Source of the DNA: a virus
Lineage: Duplodnaviria; Caudoviricetes
Direction: 5' to 3' (one strand)
Length of the DNA: 64,000 bases
IMG/VR virus record: IMGVR_UViG_3300032324_000909
Span: 76,532 to 140,531 of that record
The notes below the pieces were generated by a model. The model saw only the letters and a list, made by a program, of their open reading frames with translations. It ran no database searches and was not told the DNA's origin. A program made the position numbers and the translations under genes. Each line of letters starts with the position of its first letter. The first letter of the stretch is position 1. Of this stretch, positions 31,012 to 40,458 are shown one piece after another.

Positions 31012-31296
31012 ATGATGACTCCTTATAAACCCAAACCATCACCAGAAGTTGTTGCTGCATCAAAGAGATCAGCTATTAGAGAAGCTCTTTTAGAACTTTT
31101 AATTCAAGAGAAGAAAGCAGAGATTACTATTAGTTGTGGACTCAGAGCTTTGGATCAAATTCTCTTTATGCCAGAACATATGAGAACTATGGGTGAAACA
31201 TTTCTAGAAATTGCTGGATGTGTAATTCAAGTAGAAAGAGATTTTGAATTAGAACCTTGGAAAATTGTTTATAATGGAGATGTAATTTTTAATTGA
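31012..31296 (+). CDS. hypothetical protein
   Basis: TAATATG coupling. Confidence 0.65.
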   Translation: MMTPYKPKPSPEVVAASKRSAIREALLELLIQEKKAEITISCGLRALDQILFMPEHMRTMGETFLEIAGCVIQVERDFELEPWKIVYNGDVIFN

Positions 31297-31297
31297 T

Positions 31298-31765
31298 ATG
31301 AACAAAGAAGAACCCTGTAAAGAAATAATGTTACACAATACAACAGATGCTCAAGTATGGACTGATGAGTTCATTAAGACATTTAGAAAGTTATATCCTC
31401 TTATAGGAGATGCTTATATAGCTCTATCACATTTTGATGACTTTAGAGATTGGGTCTTTGGTTGGTTCTGTAATGCTATTCAAACTGCAATTGTTTTGAC
31501 TAATGCTCAAAGAGATAAGAGATATGTTTATATTCTTCAGAGTAATAGTGGAGCAATTGTAAATGTTTGGAATAATGGTTTTGAACCATCTGAAGATGAG
31601 TTAGATGAAGCATATGCAGTACATCTTGGAAGACATGCTCTCTGTGATGGTAAGAAGCATAGTGCAGCAACTAACTGCACTCTTTATAGATGGAACAAAT
31701 ATGAAGGACTTGAGCATTGGAATGGAAAGGCTGTAGCTCAAACCATATACAACTGGGTAGAATAA
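31298..31765 (+). CDS. hypothetical protein
   Basis: 155 aa; TDAQVW..EF...GWFCNAI. Confidence 0.7.
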   Translation: MNKEEPCKEIMLHNTTDAQVWTDEFIKTFRKLYPLIGDAYIALSHFDDFRDWVFGWFCNAIQTAIVLTNAQRDKRYVYILQSNSGAIVNVWNNGFEPSEDELDEAYAVHLGRHALCDGKKHSAATNCTLYRWNKYEGLEHWNGKAVAQTIYNWVE

Positions 31766-31766
31766 T

Positions 31767-32201
31767 ATGAATGCAGAAGAATATTTAAAAAATAGAATTA
31801 GGGAACTTCAAATTGAAGTTGAAAAGCTCAGTAAAGAGAATAAACAACTAAAAGGCTTTAGAACTAATGCTGACAACTATCTTTGTGAATTAGCTGAGTC
31901 AGATTTTACAGAGAAGTATTGGGACAATAGAAAATCTAAGAACAATGAGTGGTTTGATTATAACAGAGCAAAAGCCAGAATCATTGAAGGTATGCTCTAT
32001 GAAGAAATTGCTAGAGAATTAGGATCACTTACTAAATGCTGGGCTGGTGATAATAATGGTATGGTAGCTGGTACAATGAGTGATAAGAAGAACTGTAGAT
32101 GTAGAGCTTGTATTGCTTTAAACAAATTAAATTACTTGACTCATAGAAAAGAAAAGCCAGAATGGATGTCAGATTATAACTGGAATATGACTAGAGATTA
32201 A
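31767..32201 (+). CDS. hypothetical protein
   Basis: 144 aa; coiled coil, CRCRAC. Confidence 0.65.
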   Translation: MNAEEYLKNRIRELQIEVEKLSKENKQLKGFRTNADNYLCELAESDFTEKYWDNRKSKNNEWFDYNRAKARIIEGMLYEEIARELGSLTKCWAGDNNGMVAGTMSDKKNCRCRACIALNKLNYLTHRKEKPEWMSDYNWNMTRD

Positions 32202-32202
32202 T

Positions 32203-32619
32203 ATGAACAGAGAAATTAGAAAACTAACTAAAAAGATTGATGAGCTTCAAAAGCAAATCAATTACCAGAATGAATGTATTATGGATCAGTCTATGATTAT
32301 TCAAAAGTTAACTGAGAAGCTTGTAGTCATTCCAACCTATCCATCTACTCCAAGTATTGATCCTCATTTTGGAGTAGATATTCCTTATGTTCCATCTACT
32401 CCAAGTATTGATCCTCATTTTGGAGTAGATATTCCTTATGTTCCATGTAAAGGACCAGATTGTGAAAACAGAACAACAACTCCTGTAACACATACATCCT
32501 ATGATGGCACAAAGACTACTTTGCCAGTCACATTACCAGAAAAATGGCAGATGCCTAAAGCAGGATCAGTAACGGAAGGGTCTTCAGGATCTATGAGATA
32601 CAATCAAACTTCTTTTTAA
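32203..32619 (+). CDS. hypothetical Pro/Thr-rich protein with internal duplication
   Basis: PSTPSIDPHFGVDIPYV twice. Confidence 0.65.
   Translation: MNREIRKLTKKIDELQKQINYQNECIMDQSMIIQKLTEKLVVIPTYPSTPSIDPHFGVDIPYVPSTPSIDPHFGVDIPYVPCKGPDCENRTTTPVTHTSYDGTKTTLPVTLPEKWQMPKAGSVTEGSSGSMRYNQTSF
32341..32446 (+). repeat. perfect 51-bp tandem duplication, each unit with an 11-bp inverted repeat
   Basis: Unit at 32341 and 32392; ATCTACTCCAA...TTGGAGTAGAT. Confidence 0.95.
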
Positions 32620-32620
32620 T

Positions 32621-32878
32621 ATGCATAAGAAAGATTACAAGATTGGGTCGTTTAAATTTCTTCAAGCAGGGAGTCATTTTGACTATGCTCAAGTATCTAA
32701 CAAGAAAGGAGAAGTTATCTCAATATTTTTAGATCCAAGAGATGATACTTGGTATTTACTTCATGATTCGAACACAAAATTTAATGTTGTGAACTTGAAT
32801 AGGTTTGTTGAAGAGCCATTCTATAGATATAAGAAGGATCAAAGAGCAAAAGAGGCTCTACAGGAGTTTAATTCTTGA
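32621..32878 (+). CDS. hypothetical protein
   Basis: 85 aa, TAATATG coupling. Confidence 0.65.
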   Translation: MHKKDYKIGSFKFLQAGSHFDYAQVSNKKGEVISIFLDPRDDTWYLLHDSNTKFNVVNLNRFVEEPFYRYKKDQRAKEALQEFNS

Positions 32879-32903
32879 CATCTCCTCCTAAAGAATATAG
32901 AAT
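32875..32903 (+). promoter_or_regulatory. sigma70-type promoter, leaderless geometry
   Basis: TTGACA-17-TAGAAT, ATG 6 nt later; near-identical copy at 41752. Confidence 0.8.
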
Positions 32904-32909
32904 AAGATT

Positions 32910-33104
32910 ATGAATGAATACAGTATCCGTAACGCAGAACAGTTTTTAGAAGATCTAAACAATGCAACTATTGAAAAGTTATATTTTGAAACAAAAAATA
33001 AAGATTATTATGAAACACCAGATTGGTTGCAAGAAAGATATAATCAAGCCATGCAAAATCTTGGTAGGTGGTTGGTAAAAAACGACCTTGACATCTCCTC
33101 CTAG
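32910..33104 (+). CDS. hypothetical protein
   Basis: 64 aa behind promoter. Confidence 0.65.
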   Translation: MNEYSIRNAEQFLEDLNNATIEKLYFETKNKDYYETPDWLQERYNQAMQNLGRWLVKNDLDISS

Positions 33105-33122
33105 AGCATGTGGAATAAAAGC

Positions 33123-33278
33123 ATGAAAGAAAAGAAAGTCAAATTCCTTTTAGGACAAGGTTGTATTATCATCGAAACAACCGAAGATACAACCGTTTTG
33201 CGGGACAAACACGGCAATACCGTAAAGGTTGACCAATTCGGTAAAGTTCTATGGTATCCAGTTGACAAACCGCACTAA
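33123..33278 (+). CDS. small hypothetical protein (not in ORF track)
   Basis: MKEKKVKFLLGQG...VDQFGKVLWYPVDKPH, 51 aa, behind TTGACA-17-TGGAAT. Confidence 0.6.
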   Translation: MKEKKVKFLLGQGCIIIETTEDTTVLRDKHGNTVKVDQFGKVLWYPVDKPH

Positions 33279-33290
33279 TTCATTTAGAAT
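33262..33290 (+). promoter_or_regulatory. sigma70-type promoter, leaderless geometry
   Basis: TTGACA-17-TAGAAT, ATG 6 nt later. Confidence 0.8.
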
Positions 33291-33296
33291 AAGACT

Positions 33297-33506
33297 ATGC
33301 AAATAGAAATTAATGATGAACATTTAGATTTGGCATTTGCTAAGTCATTGGCTGAGACTATTGAGATTCTTTCAAATAATACTAAAAATCTCAAAAAGAT
33401 AAAGAATCCAAGGCCTTATATTCTTGAAGACATTGATGAGAATGAAAAAGATATCGAAGCATTGAAGAGAACCTACAAATACTATACAGGAGAAAAATAT
33501 GAGTGA
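33297..33506 (+). CDS. hypothetical protein
   Basis: 69 aa. Confidence 0.65.
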   Translation: MQIEINDEHLDLAFAKSLAETIEILSNNTKNLKKIKNPRPYILEDIDENEKDIEALKRTYKYYTGEKYE

Positions 33507-33816
33507 CCTTAAAGAAGATCTAGAAGATGATAGGCCAAAATATAAAATAGTCTATGATGAGATGTCCTGTTATAATTGGGAGTTTAGTATCAATGGTGTC
33601 TGGAGAAGTGGGGAGGTAGATGAGGGCGTTAAGCAACCCGAAGAAGATGACGAACTTCTTGATTATCTTTTATTAAAACTTAAAAAAGAAATTAAAAGAG
33701 GTACTTGTGATTTTAAAAGTTTAGTGGAATGTTTTCAGTATGATGATTATGAATCAGATAAAGGCTACTGTGAGACTTGCGGTCATCATGGAGGAACAAC
33801 AACTTGGAATATATGA
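33499..33816 (+). CDS. acidic hypothetical protein with C-terminal CxxC
   Basis: CETCG. Confidence 0.65.
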   Translation: MSDLKEDLEDDRPKYKIVYDEMSCYNWEFSINGVWRSGEVDEGVKQPEEDDELLDYLLLKLKKEIKRGTCDFKSLVECFQYDDYESDKGYCETCGHHGGTTTWNI

Positions 33817-33992
33817 ACGACGAACAAACGCCCCATGTATTAGTAGAAGGCGAATGGGTTCCTGTATCTAAAACAGAATTCGTTGGCATCTCTGAAGATT
33901 TATTTGGTCAAGATGTATACGAGTTTAAATATCTTGACAAGTGTTACTCTTCTCATGTAATATTAAAATATGAAAGTAAAACAACTAATTGA
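33813..33992 (+). CDS. hypothetical protein
   Basis: ATGA overlap with upstream gene. Confidence 0.6.
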   Translation: MNDEQTPHVLVEGEWVPVSKTEFVGISEDLFGQDVYEFKYLDKCYSSHVILKYESKTTN

Positions 33993-34188
33993 AATGCTAC
34001 AGCAGTTTGATCCCGAGATGCTTGTTATGGTACAAGGCTATGAGGGAGGAATTGATGCTCCAGAAAAGCTTTATCAGACTGCTATTAGACTAAATGTCCA
34101 TGAAGAGTGGTATTATGGAAAGCATGAAGTTCATCATGTAACTGACACAGAGAAAGCAGATTGTGAAGCTGTTATAATTCCTAGGTAA
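33970..34188 (+). CDS. hypothetical protein
   Basis: MKVKQLIEMLQQFDP...GYEGG common small phage protein pattern. Confidence 0.7.
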   Translation: MKVKQLIEMLQQFDPEMLVMVQGYEGGIDAPEKLYQTAIRLNVHEEWYYGKHEVHHVTDTEKADCEAVIIPR

Positions 34189-34231
34189 TTTTCTTGCCCA
34201 GCTATAAAAATCTCTATATACTTTAAAGATT

Positions 34232-34909
34232 ATGAAAGATTTATTTTACAAGTCTGTTAAAATTTCCAGTACAGATTATGACGTTCTGTTTTGGGGCTGT
34301 ATGCACTATGGACATGATCCCAAGTGGGATGTCCCTATCTGGAAGACAAGGGGTTATAATAGTTCCAGAGAGCATGACGAGGGACTAATAGAGAATTGGA
34401 ATAAAAAGGCAAATAAAAACACTATAGGGTTTCTTCTCGGTGATACAATTTTTGGGTATGATGCAGACGAGCGACTACTAGAGCTTTTTCGAAGACTAGA
34501 GTATAAGACCCTGTATGTACTGCCCGGCAATCATCAGGCTGGCTATAAGCAGATTTTAGACAGGTGCGAGAACAATACTTTCTACATGAGCAATATTTGG
34601 GATCATAATGATAAAAGGGAAATTATATTTGTCCCTAACTATCTAGAGACGTTTGTGAATGGTCAGCCTATTGTTCTAAGTCATTTTCCTATACTGTCTT
34701 GGAATGGAGCAGGCAAGGGGGCATACCATCTTTTCGCGCACGTTCACGGTAATCTCAATAGATCAGAACTTGGAAGGATGTATCTAAAGACAGGATTGAA
34801 CTATGAAGTTTCTGTTGAGAATTGCCCTAGTCCTATTACATTTGGTGAACTGAGGGCCGAGATGATAAAGAGAACACAAAGTTGTCCAGATCATCATAAT
34901 GACACTTGA
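34232..34909 (+). CDS. calcineurin-like phosphoesterase
   Basis: MHYGH, LGD, GNH, SHFP, HVHG. Confidence 0.82.
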   Translation: MKDLFYKSVKISSTDYDVLFWGCMHYGHDPKWDVPIWKTRGYNSSREHDEGLIENWNKKANKNTIGFLLGDTIFGYDADERLLELFRRLEYKTLYVLPGNHQAGYKQILDRCENNTFYMSNIWDHNDKREIIFVPNYLETFVNGQPIVLSHFPILSWNGAGKGAYHLFAHVHGNLNRSELGRMYLKTGLNYEVSVENCPSPITFGELRAEMIKRTQSCPDHHNDT

Positions 34910-34941
34910 CATTTTATCCTAAATCAATTATTATCAAAATA

Positions 34942-35298
34942 ATGAAATACCAAATCCGTAAATGTGAAGAGATTACAATCTGGCAAGCTACCGAGGTCGT
35001 AGACATTGATCCAGAGATGTTCAAAAATCTTGAAGAAAATCCCTACACTGGTAATACCGAAGAACAATTCCTTAATTATATTTCAGGTTTTATCGACTCT
35101 TGTCGCTGGGATGGATTTCCTTTTGATCTAGATAGCGATGTTGCCGATCAGCTTGACAAACTTGTGGAAAACGTAAGATGGACAGAATATGCGAATTCTG
35201 TTCATAAGGGGGAAAACTCTTGGATGGAAATCGGACAGGTAAATGATGAATACAAAAATACAGGCGGCTTTGAGTCTAGATTTAATACAATTCAATAA
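34942..35298 (+). CDS. hypothetical protein
   Basis: Start moved to ATG 34942; the track's TTG is the -35 box. Confidence 0.7.
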   Translation: MKYQIRKCEEITIWQATEVVDIDPEMFKNLEENPYTGNTEEQFLNYISGFIDSCRWDGFPFDLDSDVADQLDKLVENVRWTEYANSVHKGENSWMEIGQVNDEYKNTGGFESRFNTIQ

Positions 35299-35312
35299 AT
35301 AATACACCAGCA

Positions 35313-35867
35313 ATGCAGACCAAATGTTATCTTGATATGGACGGTTTGCTTGCTAATCTATTTGATTTTATTTCTAATAAAATTATTAATAAAAATTATA
35401 TTGACGCAACAGATTCAGAAAAACTGAAAATTAAAAGCGTTTGGGTTGATAAGGATTTGTTTTATCAAAAACTAGGTACGCCAAAAAGTTTATTTGCCAA
35501 TCTTGAACCATATAGTACTAATGACACTTTAATAAATAAAGTAATTGAAAAATTTGGCGGTTTTTACATTTGCTCCCACCCATCTAAAATGTCAGTAGAC
35601 CAATGTATAGAAGGAAAATTAGAATGGATAGATAAACACATTGTTCCAAAATATTCCCAACACTTCAAGGGCGCAGTTTTTCCAGATAAAAAATCAAAAT
35701 ACGCCTTAAATAACGACGGCTCTAAAAATGTTTTAATAGATGACTTTCAACCATATATAGATAGCTGGACAGAGACCGGTGGCATTGCTATTAAATTGCA
35801 AAGCGCGCTATTTGATAACGAAAGCATATCTTCATATCTTGAAAAAGAATTTAAAAAAATTAATTGA
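35313..35867 (+). CDS. 5'(3')-deoxyribonucleotidase (HAD)
   Basis: LDMDGLLA, GKLEW, LIDD. Confidence 0.82.
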   Translation: MQTKCYLDMDGLLANLFDFISNKIINKNYIDATDSEKLKIKSVWVDKDLFYQKLGTPKSLFANLEPYSTNDTLINKVIEKFGGFYICSHPSKMSVDQCIEGKLEWIDKHIVPKYSQHFKGAVFPDKKSKYALNNDGSKNVLIDDFQPYIDSWTETGGIAIKLQSALFDNESISSYLEKEFKKIN

Positions 35868-35898
35868 CATAAATATAAAAATAAACAATAATAAAAAT

Positions 35899-36531
35899 AT
35901 GGGCATGTTCGACACAATTCTTATTAAGCGCAAGCTTCCACTAAACAAAGAACTCAAAAAGGCTTTTCCTGATACCGATTGGTCTAAAGAGGGCTTTCAA
36001 ACAAAGGATATAGAAAACACCATGACCACTTACACCATTAAGGGTACTGGACTTTACTTTGATAAAGTTGATGGAGAGATGGTTAGAACCATGACAGAGG
36101 AAGACGAAAAGAAGGCCCGAAAGAGCAAGAGGTGGGTATGGCCCTATGAATTTGTTGAGTCTGGCCGAGAGACCGTAAAAGTACCATATCATGGCACTAT
36201 TAATTTTTATCATTATAAAGATGATGCAGATGGTAATACTTGGGATATCGAATTTGATGCCGTTTTTAATACTGGGAAACTTACCAATATTAAACTAGCA
36301 AAAGGAGAAATCTCAAGTACGGCAGAAGAGAATGCCGCAAGAGAAAAGCATTGGAAAGACCAACTCGCCGCACATGAGGCGCATCCTTGGACGCGGACTA
36401 AAAGGGCTCTAAATAAAATTACTTTTGGTTATTGGACAATTTTCTGGAGTAGAGTTGTTTCAAAAGGTCTCTACTGGATTGCACAAAAAATTCAAAAGCT
36501 TCAAATTTGGGTTATTAGAAATATTGCATAA
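35899..36531 (+). CDS. hypothetical protein
   Basis: MGMFD...FQTKD pattern; ATG 35 nt after TTGACA. Confidence 0.75.
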   Translation: MGMFDTILIKRKLPLNKELKKAFPDTDWSKEGFQTKDIENTMTTYTIKGTGLYFDKVDGEMVRTMTEEDEKKARKSKRWVWPYEFVESGRETVKVPYHGTINFYHYKDDADGNTWDIEFDAVFNTGKLTNIKLAKGEISSTAEENAAREKHWKDQLAAHEAHPWTRTKRALNKITFGYWTIFWSRVVSKGLYWIAQKIQKLQIWVIRNIA

Positions 36532-36532
36532 T

Positions 36533-36637
36533 ATGAATAAAAATAACAACCCATTTTGGCCCTATTTAATTAGCGCTGTATTTGGGTTAATTATTTGGTA
36601 CGGACTTTTTACCTTAATAAAGTACTTCTTTTTTTAA
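36533..36637 (+). CDS. small membrane protein
   Basis: 34 aa, one TM segment. Confidence 0.5.
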   Translation: MNKNNNPFWPYLISAVFGLIIWYGLFTLIKYFFF

Positions 36638-36638
36638 A

Positions 36639-37247
36639 ATGTCACACTATTGCCTAAACGCTTCTACTCCTCAACACCTGTACGGATATGTCGCCGCAGA
36701 CATACTGCATGGGCTGGATGGACGCAAAGGCCTAGAGCCATGCGTGATAATCGGGGTCACTAGCATTCCATCTAGAGCATTGCACTTCTCCATACTATGC
36801 GAATCAGGCGCACAATGGGCGAGGATACCATTGCACAAGTTATACCACGAAGAGCCAGAGAACGGCGTAGAACCCCACCCAATCACACACCTGCAAATGT
36901 GGGATTGCCATGGCTGGGATTTCGCAGTGTGCAGATACGAGTATTTGCGCGAGATGTCATGCCATTACCTTGACCGAGATGGCAACAGGGTTCCGGCCAG
37001 CTATTGGTTCACCTTGGATCATACCGATAATGGATTCAGTCAGTATCCATCAGAGCATAAATGCTATCATCTCCTGCTACTGGCAGATGGGTCAGGCCAG
37101 ATAGCCGCACAGCCTAACAACCGAATCGTCTGGCACGACGACTCTTTTGTGAAAGATGGATCAATTCCCAAGTATAAGGTTATGCCGCCGGTAACTTGGC
37201 ATTCAGAAATTGGACGCAACGCACAGGACACCGCGTTTACTCAATAA
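36639..37247 (+). CDS. hypothetical phage protein, GC-richer than flanks
   Basis: GAQWARIPLH, QMWDC, EHKCYH, AQPNNR. Confidence 0.75.
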   Translation: MSHYCLNASTPQHLYGYVAADILHGLDGRKGLEPCVIIGVTSIPSRALHFSILCESGAQWARIPLHKLYHEEPENGVEPHPITHLQMWDCHGWDFAVCRYEYLREMSCHYLDRDGNRVPASYWFTLDHTDNGFSQYPSEHKCYHLLLLADGSGQIAAQPNNRIVWHDDSFVKDGSIPKYKVMPPVTWHSEIGRNAQDTAFTQ

Positions 37248-37251
37248 TAAA

Positions 37252-37449
37252 ATGAAAAGAATTCGGGCTACTATTAGTGACGGTATTGATGAAGACTGTA
37301 ACCTGCTATTTGATAATGTTGATATATTGAATGCACAAAGGGCCTATATAAATGGTAATAGCATAAATATAATTCCAAGAAATGGCGGAGACGAAATAAC
37401 GATTGAATTTAATAAAGAAATTTTATATTTAGATGGTTTAGAAATATGA
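37252..37449 (+). CDS. hypothetical protein
   Basis: ATG 37252. Confidence 0.55.
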   Translation: MKRIRATISDGIDEDCNLLFDNVDILNAQRAYINGNSINIIPRNGGDEITIEFNKEILYLDGLEI

Positions 37450-37643
37450 CAACTAAAAAATACCTCTATAATAAAGATAGATCAGAGAATGCAATTAATT
37501 TTCTTAGTGAAGTTATACAACTTTCTAAAAAATACAATTTATCACTTACCCATGAAGATTTCCATGGTGGTTTTGAAATTAGATCATATGATGAAGCTTT
37601 TTCAGACTGGTTAAAACAAGCTGCTGAAGTAAATTATGAATAA
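37446..37643 (+). CDS. hypothetical protein
   Basis: LTHEDFHGGF. Confidence 0.65.
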   Translation: MTTKKYLYNKDRSENAINFLSEVIQLSKKYNLSLTHEDFHGGFEIRSYDEAFSDWLKQAAEVNYE

Positions 37644-37920
37644 AATTAGATTTAATGATAAACTATATGTAGATACCCCTCGACCCCTAACAAAAAAAAC
37701 AAGGAAATTTTTCAGGAACGCGATATCGGCTAAAAAACATTTTTGTTATAATTTTTTCAAGAATAAGTTTAGTATTGGTCTTTGGGATATTCCGGATACA
37801 AAATATCAAAAGTATCCGAAGCTTACCTTCGCAAACTTTAAATCATATATAAAAATAGGATTTCTTTGGAAAAAGTATTTACTTGAAATTGTTTGGAACA
37901 AGTGGAACTATACTTTTTAG
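37636..37920 (+). CDS. hypothetical protein
   Basis: 94 aa. Confidence 0.55.
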   Translation: MNKIRFNDKLYVDTPRPLTKKTRKFFRNAISAKKHFCYNFFKNKFSIGLWDIPDTKYQKYPKLTFANFKSYIKIGFLWKKYLLEIVWNKWNYTF

Positions 37921-37938
37921 AGAGATGGATTTATTTTA

Positions 37939-37967
37939 TTGACATTTTAGTACAATAAATATATCAT
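37939..37967 (+). promoter_or_regulatory. sigma70-type promoter, leaderless geometry
   Basis: TTGACA-17-TATCAT, ATG 6 nt later. Confidence 0.75.
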
Positions 37968-37973
37968 CATAAA

Positions 37974-38600
37974 ATGAAGAACATTTTCCTTATTGCAGAT
38001 CTCCACTTTGGGGACGAGGATATGTGTAGTTTAATAAAAGAAGATGGGCACCCCTTACGCCCATTTAAGAGTATAGAAGAGCATGATACTACATTGATTG
38101 AGAACTGGAACAAAGTTGTCAATGATGGTGACAAAGTCTATGTTCTTGGTGATGTTGCACAAAATAAAAAAGATCTAGAGAAGTTCACTGAGCTGCATGG
38201 TAAGAAGATTCTCATTAAGGGAAACCATGATATCTATCAGATGAAAGAGTATGCGAAGTATTTCAAAGACATTCGTGGCACTCATCGTTTAGAAAACGGT
38301 ATTCTCATGAGTCATATCCCAATTCATCCTAGCTCCTTTGGTAAGGCTCATAAGGTGAATGTGCATGGTCACATCCATGATAAAGTTGTAAAGATAAATG
38401 AACCTGATGTAATTTTAGACAGATCTGTTACATACAATATTAAACCAGATCCAAGATACTTCTGTGTTTCTTGTGAACATATAAACTATACCCCAATGGA
38501 GCTTGGTGCTATTGAGATAGAAGTTTTTGGATTTGATTCTCGTGCAAAAGCTTTGGATGAACTTGCGGCACAAGCCCAAGAGCTTAATATGGGATATTAA
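37974..38600 (+). CDS. calcineurin-like phosphoesterase
   Basis: ADLHFG, LGD, GNHD, SHIP, HGHIH. Confidence 0.88.
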   Translation: MKNIFLIADLHFGDEDMCSLIKEDGHPLRPFKSIEEHDTTLIENWNKVVNDGDKVYVLGDVAQNKKDLEKFTELHGKKILIKGNHDIYQMKEYAKYFKDIRGTHRLENGILMSHIPIHPSSFGKAHKVNVHGHIHDKVVKINEPDVILDRSVTYNIKPDPRYFCVSCEHINYTPMELGAIEIEVFGFDSRAKALDELAAQAQELNMGY

Positions 38601-38601
38601 T

Positions 38602-38961
38602 ATGAACAATCATAATAAAATTATTGAATTAAATAAGATTTGGTATAACACTATTTGTGGCGATTACCATAAGGATCGTGATTGTCATTTTTATATTATT
38701 ACAGATTATCAGTATGGTGAAAAAGTTGTTTATACAGTCCAACATGCTGGTTACATCAACCATGATTACGAAGATACAGATTGGGGGACTATAGAAGAAG
38801 CTGAAGTAGAACTTATTAAAGTTATATCTAAATCTATCATCAATGAAATTGATTGGTATTTGGAACATTATGGAGATCCAGATTGGGATCAGCATCCGAG
38901 ATACGACAAGGATGACTTGGAAGAGATTATAACTAGGGTAATGCTTATAACAAGTAAATGA
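38602..38961 (+). CDS. hypothetical protein
   Basis: HKDRDCHF motif; TAATATG coupling. Confidence 0.7.
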   Translation: MNNHNKIIELNKIWYNTICGDYHKDRDCHFYIITDYQYGEKVVYTVQHAGYINHDYEDTDWGTIEEAEVELIKVISKSIINEIDWYLEHYGDPDWDQHPRYDKDDLEEIITRVMLITSK

Positions 38962-39125
38962 ATAGTGTAAAGATAGCATCAGTTTGGGTAGAAGATATTC
39001 AGCAATGGATTCCCTTGTCGCAGATTACCGTTATACAAAGATATACCCATGAAGGCAAAAACTGCATCCAGTTTAAGCACGAAGATAAAATACTTGAGAG
39101 TTATGTAGAGTATAAAGAGGTGTAA
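38958..39125 (+). CDS. small hypothetical protein (not in ORF track)
   Basis: MNSVKIASVWVEDIQQWIPLS..., 55 aa, ATGA overlap. Confidence 0.55.
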   Translation: MNSVKIASVWVEDIQQWIPLSQITVIQRYTHEGKNCIQFKHEDKILESYVEYKEV

Positions 39126-39133
39126 ATAATAAT

Positions 39134-39955
39134 ATGAATAAATATACACTGCCCGAATCTGTTAACCTTGAAGAGATGAAGGCCTCTTTCAAGCAACATG
39201 GTTATGCTGTAGCAAGAGGCCTCTTTTCTGAAGCTGAAGTAGAAGAAATTAAAAATACCTTTGATCGAATTGCAAAGAATGGTACTATTGAAGATTATTT
39301 TTATCCTGTCTCTAAAGATGAATCAAACGGAGATCCTTTAAAAGAATTTCCGAGAGTGATGCAGCCACATCGTTTTGACTCAGTATCACGCAAAAATCTT
39401 GTCCATCCAGCTGTTCTTTTTTGCTTGAAAGAGCTTGTGCAAGAAGATGTACTTGCTGCTCAAAGTATGTTTTACTACAAGCCACCGGGCTCTAGAGGAC
39501 AAGCAATGCATCAAGATAATTTTTATCTTTTAGTTGAACCACAAACATGTGTTGCGGCGTGGACTGCTATCGATGATGCAGATCCAGAAAATGGTGGAAT
39601 GTATCTAGTAGCAGATACGGCAGAAGAGGAAATTATATGCCCTAAAGAAGCCAATGCAACCGAGTCATTCACAACACATCTTGTACCAACCCCAAAAGGG
39701 AAAAAGGCTGTTCCTTGTATTATGAAATCAGGTGATACATTATTCTTTAATGGTAGTTCAATTCATGGCTCAGGACCAAATAGATCCAAAGATAGATTTC
39801 GTAGATCCTTTATCTGCCATTATGTTCCAAAATCCACCCAGCGCATTAGCAAGCATTATCTACCCCTGATAACACCTGAAGGGGAAGATATTGTGATCGA
39901 TGCTAATAATAGTGGTGGGCCCTGTGGTAGTACATGGGAGGGTGGACAGCATTAA
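39134..39955 (+). CDS. phytanoyl-CoA dioxygenase-family 2OG-Fe(II) oxygenase
   Basis: KPPG..GQAMHQDN, WTAIDD...NG, HGSGPNRS..FRR. Confidence 0.9.
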   Translation: MNKYTLPESVNLEEMKASFKQHGYAVARGLFSEAEVEEIKNTFDRIAKNGTIEDYFYPVSKDESNGDPLKEFPRVMQPHRFDSVSRKNLVHPAVLFCLKELVQEDVLAAQSMFYYKPPGSRGQAMHQDNFYLLVEPQTCVAAWTAIDDADPENGGMYLVADTAEEEIICPKEANATESFTTHLVPTPKGKKAVPCIMKSGDTLFFNGSSIHGSGPNRSKDRFRRSFICHYVPKSTQRISKHYLPLITPEGEDIVIDANNSGGPCGSTWEGGQH

Positions 39956-40159
39956 ATGCAACATAATGATATTCATGTTATTGGTCATGTAACAGTGGGT
40001 CTATTAGCATTTGGAATGCTGATGTTCTTTTGGATGATATCAAAAGGAGTTAAGAAGGTAAAGAAGAAAGGCGAAAAAGGAACCAAAAGACTTAGAAAGT
40101 TTAATCTTTGGCTAAAGAAATTTGAAGAGTTCAAGAGGAGTTGGCACTATGAGATATAA
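39956..40159 (+). CDS. small membrane protein
   Basis: One TM then basic tail. Confidence 0.55.
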   Translation: MQHNDIHVIGHVTVGLLAFGMLMFFWMISKGVKKVKKKGEKGTKRLRKFNLWLKKFEEFKRSWHYEI

Positions 40160-40421
40160 AAATATAATTATATTATGTATATTACTGGCGACAAACACGT
40201 ATGCATACGAAAAGCCAGAATTTAAATTAATTGACTATATTGGCGCTTACCATGATAGTAGAGACGTTATATAGGATATTAATAGGTTACAATCCAAGTA
40301 CCATCTTAAAGTATCCAAGAAAAAAGACTGCCAATTAGGTGGTATTATCAGTAGGGATTTTAAGTTTCATGGGGGTAATCAACCCATTGTTGCCCAAACT
40401 GCACTAATGTTTGCATTTTAA
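40149..40421 (+). pseudogene. signal-peptide protein gene interrupted by in-frame TAG
   Basis: 41 codons, TAG 40272-40274, then 48 more open codons to TAA just before the next promoter. Confidence 0.5.
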
Positions 40422-40458
40422 TATTGACATAGCTATCATATATCAGTAACATATTTAT

